Below, one piece after another: positions 38,701-50,000 of a DNA stretch of 64,000 nt. The position numbers and the translations under genes were made by a program. The DNA is taken from contig OZ116704.1 of assembly GCA_964199315.1 (NCBI GenBank), positions 3,720,001-3,784,000 of the forward strand, in the 5' to 3' direction. The stretch's first letter is position 1, and the number at the start of each line of letters is the position of its first letter. The notes beneath the pieces are model-generated. The model made no database searches. It was given only the letters and a program-made list of their open reading frames with translations, and was not told where the DNA came from. The stretch is from Orbicella franksi. Taxonomy: Eukaryota.

Positions 38701-41700
38701 CAATTAGGACTTGATTTAAAGAGAAAAAGAACTGAAATCTTTGCATTCTTTTATTTCACATCCCTGGACAGTCCGTTAATTGAGTTTTCTAGAGCCTTGT
38801 GGCCTATGGTTGCCTGACAATGGTATCTGTGACGTGAAACGACAAGGGGGGAAGAAAAGGAGGAGAAAAAACAAAGGTTCTGAATTTCCCACTTCCCAGA
38901 ATATTTAATCACGGTTTCTGCGCCTGTGTTAATGGTTCCCCAATCTCTCTCTTTTTTTTTTGCTTTTTTTCCGGCTTAACATATTGGGATACCTCGCAAT
39001 TTTTCTGCAATTTCTTTAGAACGGAAGAACCATTTTCGCAGTGCCAGGAACCTCTTACTTCTTTTCTTGCTTCCGCATACTTCTTACCCACTGTCACGGT
39101 CCCTCCCCTCCCCTCCATGACCGTATTGTTACTCCCCTTGAATGGGCTCCAATCAATCAATCAATCAATCAATCCATCCATCAATCATTTTTTATTTCTT
39201 AATTTACACTTTAGAGCTGTCTTGGACTGGCCCGCGGATAGCTAGTGCTAGTCTAGGCGGGCCAAACCATAACAGCCCACTACCAGACCCCTCGCGAGAC
39301 TTAACCTATCACCTCACAGGCCCGATCAAACACTGCAAATTACTCACAAATTACTACAGCGCTACAGTCTTTACCTACCTTTAAATGTAACCTTGAGAAC
39401 TTTACTGGGCTTTCCCTTCCCGACGGCATTCAGTGCGGAGATTCTGAAGTAGTACACTTTGTTGAAGTCAATTTCGTGTAACACGTAATAGTTGATGTTA
39501 CTGATGTACTGAACTTTCCAGTCCCTGTCATTGACTTTGTACTCAAGAATGAACATGGTGACGGGACTATTCCCGTCATCCCACGCGCGCCAGGTGATAT
39601 TGAGAGCGGGAGGGTCAGTGAGGACGTCGAATTTGATTACTGTCGGGGGTAATGGCGGGGCTGGATGAGGAACAAACAGAAAAACACGTTTAAAGCTCTG
39701 TTTTTGGTAATTCATACACAGGTAAACTTTGTAAGCTCGAGAAGGACTTGAGATATAGGGCTACATCATGTGACTTGGTCATGACATTATGATATATAAT
39801 GAGGCCCCATTTGCCGCTTGTTAATTGCTAAATTACTCACTTCTTATTTGAAGCTTCCTTTTCACGGTTTTTCTTCCTAGCTCATTACTTGCCGTACACT
39901 CGTATTCCCCAGCGTCCTCCTCTCGGACGTCCATGATCTCCAGGGAACCGTTAGTGAGCTGTAGGTACTTCGTGCGGTCGCTCAGCTCACGACCACTGCT
40001 GTACCACATGACTGAGGGCTTAGGGTAACCATAGGCTTCACAGTCCAAAATGGCGGATGTTGAGCGTGTAGCTAAGGTGACCGGCAAAATGTCGTGAAAG
40101 ATGTTTGCTGGGACTGAAAACAGAACGATTTTATTTTAGGATAAGAATATCGGAGAGAAGGATGTTTTCTTATCATATTGGAGTCTAAAGGCCCTTACGT
40201 ATGTTACTTCTTCAAAGCTAAAAAGCAAAGGCTTTTCTGAACACGGAGGGGAACCTAAATGTTAAAGGGGTGGGGAGGATCGTCGAAAATTTTGGAAAAC
40301 TGGAGCGACAATGTCCCCCATTCTGGAAATTCCGGAAAACGTTTACGTTGTTCCATTCGCCACTGGAAGTTTGCAGAATTTCACTCCGTATTTTAGGTCT
40401 AATAGGAGGCACCCATCGTTGGTGTATGCTGAAAATTGTAACTGATTTTTTGAATGACGCGAGCAGTGCGAGGTGCATGAGACTAATCGGCCTACCTTAT
40501 CACCTCTCAAGCGCATAAAACTAGTGATCGTAAGTATTTCCAAGGTTGCTAATTAGTAATGAAATGATTCTTGACGTTAAAAGAGCAAAGGGACACAGCC
40601 GAAAGGTCACGTACAGACTTCTAACGGACGCGAAAATGAAAATCTTTAAACTTAAAGAACTACCTGTACTCCCCAAAGGCTTACACACTTATGCACTTAC
40701 TTTTATCTTTTGTCGTTTGTCTTACAACAGTTGACGCGTTTCCGACTCCAACCGAGGTACTTGCTTTAACCCAAAAGAAATACTCCGTATCAGACTCCAG
40801 CCAGGGTAGATATTTTGATGTGATATTTCCGCTTATTTTAAGCTCTGTAACTTTGTTGGAGTTTGTAAGAAGCGGGTCGTTGACCGTCTTACTGTAGTAG
40901 AGTAGATATGTTCTTATGATGCCATTGGGTTCTATGGGGGGATCCCAGAGCGCACGAATTGTTTGTTTGGAGACCGGGATGGCCTGGACTCTACTAGGTG
41001 GTCCGGGAACTGAAACAGAAAAAATGTCAATGACGTAATGTTCTAAAAAAAAATAAAAAACCTCGATTTAATCGAAAAATATTTATAGAGAATGTACATT
41101 GTGTAGACGCATAATGTCTTTCCTATAGGGTATTCATGCTGACGTCATTGTTTACAATTTTGCTCATTTGCATACGGCTTTGCGTACAGAAGGAAACATG
41201 TTAGATATGAATTGACTTCAGGCAGCTAAAGGGCTGGTGAAACTTAGTACATGGTGAAATTTTTAGCTCTTTGGGTGTAATATTCAAGGAGATATTGTCT
41301 TTCAAAAACTGCAAAATTTCTGGGTGGCAAAAGCGCTAATGAGCTCATACATTCTTTGTAAAATTTTGAGTTTTTAAACCCGTGTTGCACAAAAAGTATT
41401 CAATACATCAGGCTCATATTCATTGGCAGAGATAACCGTACTATGACGTTTCAATATTCAGAACTGTTTTATTTGTAGCTCCATCAGAAACTGAATTACT
41501 TATGCTAATGAGGCAAATATTGTAAACAAGAATTTCCCTATTACTTTCTGTCAACTGCTCTTTATCCAGTATTGTCAAACTTAGTAACGTAACATGTGTT
41601 GCTAGAACCAAAATGGGAAAAAACATAGAGCCGCAATGCGTACATATATCTGACTTATCACGCAAGTGTCGCCTTTGGGCGAGATGAAAGATAGGAACAT

Positions 41701-41996
41701 TAAGTTTTGATGTTTTATCAGAAAACTAGAATGAGCAGAGATGAGCAAATACGCCTCAGGTTGGCTTTGAAGCCTTCGAGCTCTGATTGGTTTGGAAGGC
41801 CATTCATTTGAAAACCGCCTTACGTTGTCGCACGCGCGATGGTACGTCTAAAGAATCTTAGTGTAATGCTGTTCTGATGTGAAGTTTATATGAAATAATT
41901 CATATATGAACTGCAGTTGTAGATGAGAGTGAAGAATGATCATCGCAGTTAATTTTCCAATTTAAGCAATTGGAAAGAAGAAGCCTGAAAAAATCA

Positions 41997-42030
<34 letters not shown>

Positions 42031-42325
42031 GATACCGGTGCGATGCTCTACCAACTGAGCTATGAAGCCACACATTGGGAGCGAGGTCAATTAATTGAGT
42101 TCATATCAATTAATTGAGTTCATTCTTCTTTCCAATTGCTTAAATTGGAAAATTAACTGCGATGATCATTCTTCACTCTCATCTACAACCGCAGTTCATA
42201 TATGAATTATTTCATATAAACTTCACATCATTTCACTCCTCACGGGAAGATATGAACTCAATTAATTGACCTCGCTCCCAATGTGTGGCTTCATAGCTCA
42301 GTTGGTAGAGCATCGCACCGGTATC

Positions 42326-42359
<34 letters not shown>

Positions 42360-43994
42360 TGATTTTTTCAGGCTTCTTCTTTCCAATTGCTTAAATTGGA
42401 AAATTAACTGCGATGATCATTCTTCACTCTTAATGCTGTTCTCTTATTATCTATGCTACTCACTATCTATTGTACTTTAGTATAAATCTACTAGCGTTCT
42501 ATCACGAATGCCGTTCTCTGATTGGCTACACTACTCACTATCTATTCTGTGACAGATATTGAGTAGCGTAGCAGCGTGTGCTTGTTAGAAAAATGACGGC
42601 CGATTCTTGGCGTTTTCGATGTGGCTGTGAAGAGGATTTAGATAAAGTTTTGAACGATTAGTAGATTTATACTAAAACAATTAGATTATTTGCTCTGAAT
42701 TTCTACGCGTGATAGAAATCTCGACCTCATAATCTAATTGCTAAGTAGATAGTGAGTAGCGTAGCAGCGCCCGGTTGTTAACAAAGGGGGGCCGGAGCTT
42801 CCTAGCTTTTACCGAAGTGTCTGTGAAGAGGATTTCGATAACGTTTGATTGACCGTGAGTAGTTTTAAACTAAACCAATTAGATCATTCGCTCTCGATTT
42901 CAATGCGTGATCGGTTGACTCAGGTTACACCTTCATCAACTATCACACGATAGAAATCTCGTGCTTATAATCTAATTGTTAAATAGAACCTGTTAATTAA
43001 AAGCCCACAATACATTCACACTTACTGTCTTCGAGCGTTGTTCCTCCTATTGGAAAACTCGCAACTCCTTCTCCTACACGAGTAAACGCTACGACTCTGA
43101 CTCTGTATGATGTAAACTTACGAAGCCCTGTCAGAGTTACATTCCTCTCATCCGGTTTCGTGACAGTCCGATTGAAGACTTGATCCGGGTTCTTTGTGCT
43201 GAAGTAATACACTCTATAGCCCAGAAGTTTACCGTTGATTGCGTTCGACGGCGGCTTACTCCACGTAACCTCCATGCTTTGCGAGCTAAGCACTGTTATT
43301 TTGACCGAGTGGGGAGGCTGACTGGGAACTAGGGATAGAAAAAAAAAGTCAAAAATGTTGAATGAAAGATTTCCTCGCGTTACTTAGTACATACAGTACT
43401 CGAATCAAGCCGGTTTCTGTAGCATGAGAAGCTAATTCCCTCAAGATCTCAATTGGCTTTGATTGATACGATCATTATCAAGATTAAACAACTAATCTGT
43501 TAATGCATCACAGTGTGAATGATTTCCTAAAACAGTGAACCTACCGTCTTCATGTGTGACCACTTCCTCTTGTGCCTTTCCTTTTGGGCTTACCCCAGCC
43601 CGTGTAAACGCCTGAATTTCTATGGTGTATGCTTTGTAAGGATCAAGGTTACCGATGACATAACTCCTTTTATCGCCTCCTCTCACTGTTAAGTTTTTTC
43701 CTCTGTAGATCTTGTTCCTTTGTTCGTAAAGCACAAAGTATCCTCGAATCACGCCATTTCTGCTTGATACGGGAGGAGGCTATACAAAATAAATGAGAGA
43801 TTTAATTATAACCGTATTGAACTTTTAGAAAGGCATAAGCACAGGTATCCTTTTCCATTGATCAGAGGCTGCTCTAAGATTGTTCGTGTCCGCGGAAAAA
43901 GTTGAATAGAAACTACAGACATGTCAAAACCTTGAAACCTAAACGAACATTTGTTCATCTTATTAACAGAAATGGTGCTTCTATCCCCAAACAA

Positions 43995-44037
<43 letters not shown>

Positions 44038-47000
44038 CAACATTATGCTGGCGCCGTTGTTGGCGCGAGGTTTGAAGTCACTAAAACTTGTAACCCGCAA
44101 CCGAACTTTTCATGAGAGCGATGAAAAACTCGGATAATTTTTAACGTTTGTTTTTCCAAGCACAAATGTTTGCATGGCGTTTGATTTTCGCAAAATCTCC
44201 AGCGATACGCGTAATTAACAAACTTGAAGCCCTCGAGATTAAAATGGCGTTAATAAATTCTGGTCAACCGTAGCTTTCAGTTTTGATAAAGATGTTTACC
44301 ATTTTCTCCTCCCCTCTTCCTTTTTCTGCTCTCTTCCTTTTTAAGCGTCCGATATATACCAAGATATTCTAGAATTTGTACTGCTAGCTAGACTCTTTGG
44401 GCACAAATGAATTCGGGGCTGAAAAAGAAATGCCACTGATTTCTTGAATCTAGCACTGCAAATTTCATGCGGGTGAAAATCTCGAATAAAAGACTTCTTA
44501 CCTTCCATTGCACGTAAATCTTCTTGGACGAGATTGCAGTGACGTTCACCAGTTCAGGTGGCTGTGATGGTGCTGTAAATATGTTTTCTTGTTAATGTTA
44601 CAAGTAAAATCCCGTAACAGAACAAAACGCATGTCATTTTTAAACTCGGCATATGGTAATAGGAACAGTGGAAAAAAGTCTTTCCAAATATACCGTTATT
44701 CAAGATTTAGTCAACAGGTCATTTTACAGTGGTCTTCTTAATGACCTCGCCTTTGAATGGCAGCAAGGCTGGAAGTGACCTTGTTTTACGATACAGTGTT
44801 CTAATGCTAACTAGTTTGCATCAAAGCTGCTCACCTCCAGCTTCGCTTACATTCAAAGGCCAAGTAACTGAGCACACAAATGTAAAGTGACCTGTTAAAT
44901 AACTATTATTTTGGTTCATCAAGGATGGAAAAAGAGGACGAATTGTTGCTATGCAACTCAGGTTTATCACTGCCCCAATGTTGATTAACAATAGATCTAA
45001 GCTGAAGGGACAGAAGTGATTTCAAATAGTCTTGTTCGCTCCAAAAACAATTGCATATATCTACTTCTACATGGCAAAGGTTGCCCATCCCGCCACGGAG
45101 TGCTGGTGCTTTGACATTGGCTGTAAGCCAGAATCGGGAAGCCAAGATAAGTACAAAAATCAGATCAAGAACAACAATTTCAGAATGCCGCTTACCAGCC
45201 TCCAAGGTCACATGTGATGTCGAACGACTGGCCTCGCTTTTGCCTCGCCTGTTTTCCGCGTAAACGCGCAAGTCATAGTTAGACGCTGGTCTGAGCCCGT
45301 CAACAAGCAGACCAGTGGATAGTTTGACTACTCTTTTCTCACTCTCTTGCCAGCTGCTCGTACTTGGTTTGAACTCTACAGTGTATTCAGTGATTGCCGC
45401 GTTACCGTCGAATCCTGGTGCCCAGGTAAGATAAATAGACCGCGCGGTCACTTCCTTCACATCCGGTTTCGAAGGAGGGGATGGCTTTTCTGTGGTAGTT
45501 GATAAACAAAATATTAAATAAATCGGCAAATTAAACGACAAACTTAAATATTATGAAATTATTCTAAGGTGGAGATACTGAGCAAGGTCCTAATCAGTTA
45601 GTGGTAGAGCTTATCAACTGTCATTTTATTCTAATGATCCAACAGCTTTCTAAGGAAAAAAAATCCAGTAAAAACCCATAATATGGTCTAATATGAGCAA
45701 CATCAGTTTTCTAGCAATTTGTCCCCAGTCGGAAGGAAGCTGAATTGCAAGTTAAGGACGTTATTGCGCGTATTACTGATCGTGTTAAAGTGTGCAGCAA
45801 CCTGACCCACGAAGTAGATGGACATGGTTTCAACTTCGTACAACATGCATTCTGCCGCAACTTGAGGTAGCCGCCAGCGCAGACGTATTATATTTCCGGT
45901 TGTCACTTCTCTCCGGAATTACGCCGGCGTTCGAAAGCTATTAAAACTTGCATGAGCATAATAAATGTAATGTACGGTCAGTTTACAGTACAACACTGTT
46001 GCGCGACCAGTTGCAAAGAAAATGTTGTCCTCGCCTCACTAGCGGCGTTTTGGTATTTGGGAGTGCCGTTCAACTTACTGTCGGTAATTTCTAATCCAGT
46101 TGTCGACATGAAGTAAAATGAGAAGTGGCAAAGTCAGCAAAACTGGAAAATCATCGGCATTGATCTATTTTACCCAACATAGACTTGTGCCGTGTATGAA
46201 ATTATCCCTTCTGGCTAAGTTCAACTCAGAAGATAACTATTTAGTGGGTGAAAGTAACAAAAAGATATCAGGTAATTTCTTACGTTGAGCTATGATTTGA
46301 AATGTCTTTGTGTCACTTCCAAACCGGTTTGTGACCCTGCATGAGTACTCTCTGGTGTCCTGTAGAACCAGGGTTTTGACAACCAGTGTACTGTTAACCC
46401 TGAAATGTTTAGTCTCTATATTATCTATTATGCTGATTCGAGAGCTGTCTGACATTTGTCTGCTTCCATTAAACCAAGTTACGTCGATTGGCAAATTTCC
46501 CACGGCCATGCACGTGATCGTGACGTCATCGGATACCCTGGCCGGTGTGTTTGCAGGCGCAGTCACGATGTTGGCTGGCACTGCTGGACAAGATAAACAC
46601 AACAAATTAAAAAAGGTGCGCAATGCTTCGAAATAAAACTAATAATTTCCTGTAGTGATCTGTATCTTGCGTTTACATGTCTTAGAGGTAAAATGAGCTC
46701 CTGATTAAACGCCGGCTCTTCAACATGAGTTGTAAATAGTCCCGTCAAGATCCGAGGTTAAATGACAGCAAGATAAATGGTTGTCGAAAATAACGAATAG
46801 AAACCTTTGCTTAATAAGCACTTGCCTCCGATAAACTGTAGAACTGTCAAAAACAAAAACCACACTGGGGTGTTTAATCGGTATTAGAGGAAATTACAAG
46901 TTTATTTATAATTGTACATACACCTAGCTATGGAAAGGTCGCCTCCAGCAAACATGTTTGCAAAACCTAAAAGACACACGCCCGAGTTTTATAACTGGCT

Positions 47001-50000
47001 CTGTTTGAGGCCACAAATTTTACTCTTTTATAGATCAGAGATTTTGAGGAACGAATAAGATATTCGTGTGATCGAAAAGAGAAAGAAGACACTAAAAGAC
47101 CTTTATTGCCTTCGTTTTGTTTGGATGTGTATGACTATTTCGCATTTTTTCCACTATCCAGTATGGACCTGGTACAGTCAGTTACCATGAATAAAAATAG
47201 ATGTGGGGAAATATTTTACGTTTATCTTTCTTCAATTACAGATGTCCATAAAAAAAAATGTAACAGCAAAAATAAACTTGGTAAGCGGATAACTTGAACA
47301 ATTATTTCCCGCTTCATATGACAGCTTAACTTTTAATCTTGGGATGAGGGGCTTGGTAAGTGAATAGGAAGCATTAATTCAAGGATGAGAGTTTATCAAA
47401 TAATTGAAGTTGTAGGAGGGTGAATATTATTAAAGAATGGCGGGGGTCTTGAAAGACAGGGGAGGGAAGTTTTAACAGAGCTGTTACCATTCTAAGCGTT
47501 TCATACCGTGAACTATAAGTCGCACTCGACGATTGATCTCATTGTCACTGACTGCATTAGAAGCTCTACACAAATACTCTCCAGCATCATCTTCACTCAC
47601 GTTACTTATCACCAAGGTCCCATTCAGCGTTTTCTGAAAGCGAGGCTTGTCCATCAACACTGGATCAAATTTCCCGCCAATTGACTTGAACCAGTCGATA
47701 CGTGGAGGTGGTGTCCCGGATGTCAGGCATGTCAAGTAGGTTGTAAAGGTTTTAAGAACCGGTTGAGTGCTAGGTTGTTGTTGATCGCCAGAGTCAGAGA
47801 TGAATTTTGGAGGCACTAATGGCAAGCAAAGACAAATATTTTCATGACGTTAACTACCTCATAAAAAAAAGGAAGGTTCTTGAATGTTTTTTCTTTACCA
47901 GTAACGTGTGAAAGATTGTAACTGTCACGAAGTAAATAGACTTAAAAGAATGTAGTAAAGGAACCATTTGAGGAGATAAATGTTCTTAAAGTAAAAACCA
48001 AATTTTTCGTTATTCAATATGTTCATTTGGTACCTCGATACAATCGCTTTTTGCCTTGGAGATAATGCTGAAAATGTCAAAACATCCAAACACTATAATG
48101 TTTACATTTTTTAATGCAGTGTTTTGGCAAATCTTCAGTCCAGATTTGTTCAAAAACAAAAAGAAAATTGTAACCCCGCTAAGGAAACTTAAAATCCCAT
48201 GAAAAAATGTTCGACAGGAGCTGTTCTAACCAGAAGCCAGAGGAGGATTTACATTCTATGATAAATTTTTTTATTAAGTTCTTAACTGGACACAAACCAT
48301 AAACAACTATGTCTGCGGACACACTCGTCTTTCCAGCTCTGTTGCTCGCAATGCATGTATACTCGCCCGAGTCCCCCGCAGACAGCCGCTTAAGTTCAAG
48401 AATGCTCATTTTAGCTGTTGGATTATGGATAACAATTACGCCTGGGATAGAGAAAATATCACGTCCGTCCTTCTGCCATCTGAACATCAGTGAACCAGCC
48501 GACAAGTCACCAGTGAAGGAAGAGCAAGTGAAAGAGCCACCATCCCCTTCGTGCCACACTTGTGGATGGGATAATGTTGGACTGGGAAGTTCTGAGAAAC
48601 AAGAAAAGAAATGTTTATTGAGCTCAGTATGCAGCTTTAAGAGGGGTGTAAACCTAATATAATATAACTGAGAATTAGGTATGCTAGTGTCCCATGTGGA
48701 AATTTGGAGTAACGCTATTCGACCTATTCGTTTCATGCAACATAGAACGAAGCAATTCTAGTCAGGAACCCAGATCTGTCAGGGCCAAGCGAAAGAGAGA
48801 ATCATAAAGGACCATAAAGGCCATGAACACATCTTTAAGGAAAAACTCTGACGTCCATTCGAGAAGTACTAGAAATTGTAATTTAAATTTATTATGCCCC
48901 TCTCACAGAAACGCCTCTGAGGGAGGACGCACTTTCGCCGTCAGAACTATTAAAGATTGGAACAGTTTACCCCGGTCTTTAGAAACAGAGAAGTCCGTTA
49001 AATCGTTTAAGGCTAAATTATGTAATACTATTCTTAACTCTCAGAAAATTAATGGAATTTTTTAACTCTTATTATTCGTAGTATGTTTGAAATTGTAAGT
49101 CCAGTTTATTATTTGTAACCATTTTTAATAGTAACTTAATTAAGTATTTTATTGTAAATAATATCGTATTTTAGCAATTTATTGTAAATAATATATTTTT
49201 AGCATTCTAATTATTTTAAGCTGAGGGCCCCAAGTTTATCAGTAACTTAAGTTACTGTCACGGGTCACCCTCATTAAATAAAGTCTTTCACTTCACTTCA
49301 CTTCAAGGCCACTTGAATCGTAAAGACCTTTCTTCTTGTTAGATGGAGCGACTATTTTCAGAAAGAAGCACGAAAGAATATTGTCCTGCTATAAACAGTT
49401 TACAAGTCAGTAACCTTTCAGACTTCCATCTGCTACAAAAGAGAAATTTTTTATGGCTTTTTTCCTCATTAGAGGAGGCAGTTCTTTTAAAGTAGTGAAA
49501 TTAAGCAACCACTTTTGAGGTAATAATTGTTTATCACCATTAGAAATTAGAAATGACTAGTGTGTATGTTTTCTGATTTATTTTGGGCATGTCTACATCA
49601 ATCCGGTATCGACTTGAAAACTTTCACGCGTTTGGCAACAAAGCAAGGTTCCGTGAGGTGTGCATAAATAACTTCTTAGGGAGTTTAAGAAAACCACGAC
49701 GGCAACGGCAACGGGAACAGGAACGTCGCTAAACAAAAAGTTTAATGATCAGAACAATGGCTGTGCACGTGCGTTACAATTCTTGGTAAATTTCTTTGCC
49801 GTTCTCTGCAAAACAGTAACGTGAACTGACCAGATTCTGCGTTGTCTGGAGAACGTGAACCACGGCGGCTAATGTTTCGCCCTGTCCCAGATTCAGTTTC
49901 GTGATAATTTTGACACTGAGAAACAAACGAAAATGACTTAAGTGTATCGCGAGATTGGTAGCTAAACTATGAAATCATTTTTTAATCGACGTTGTCCTCG

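Larger units (their letters stand above)
41876..42430. mobile_element. Young 555-bp insertion with tandem + inverted 251-bp unit (Penelope-like pLTR architecture) carrying tRNA-like cassettes
   Basis: 12-bp TSD taatgctgttct at 41864-41875 and 42431-42442. 42123-42430 is about 1.2 tandem copies (period 251). 41876-42107 is the reverse complement of 232 bp of the unit with 1 mismatch. Confidence 0.9.

Noticed and set aside
38909-39160. ORF as the missing sixth FN3 exon
   Set aside because: No FN3 motif (no W...Y...Y pattern); it begins in a microsatellite and is Lys-rich from poly-T DNA.
42287-42359. Bona fide translational tRNA-Thr(GGT) gene
   Set aside because: It has C33 and a mismatched anticodon stem, and it lies inside a TSD-flanked repeat in two orientations. 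Kept only as tRNA-like.
41876-42430. Hammerhead ribozyme in the repeat unit
   Set aside because: No CTGATGA...GAAA core with flanking stems was found by eye on either strand. A covariance search is needed to exclude variants.
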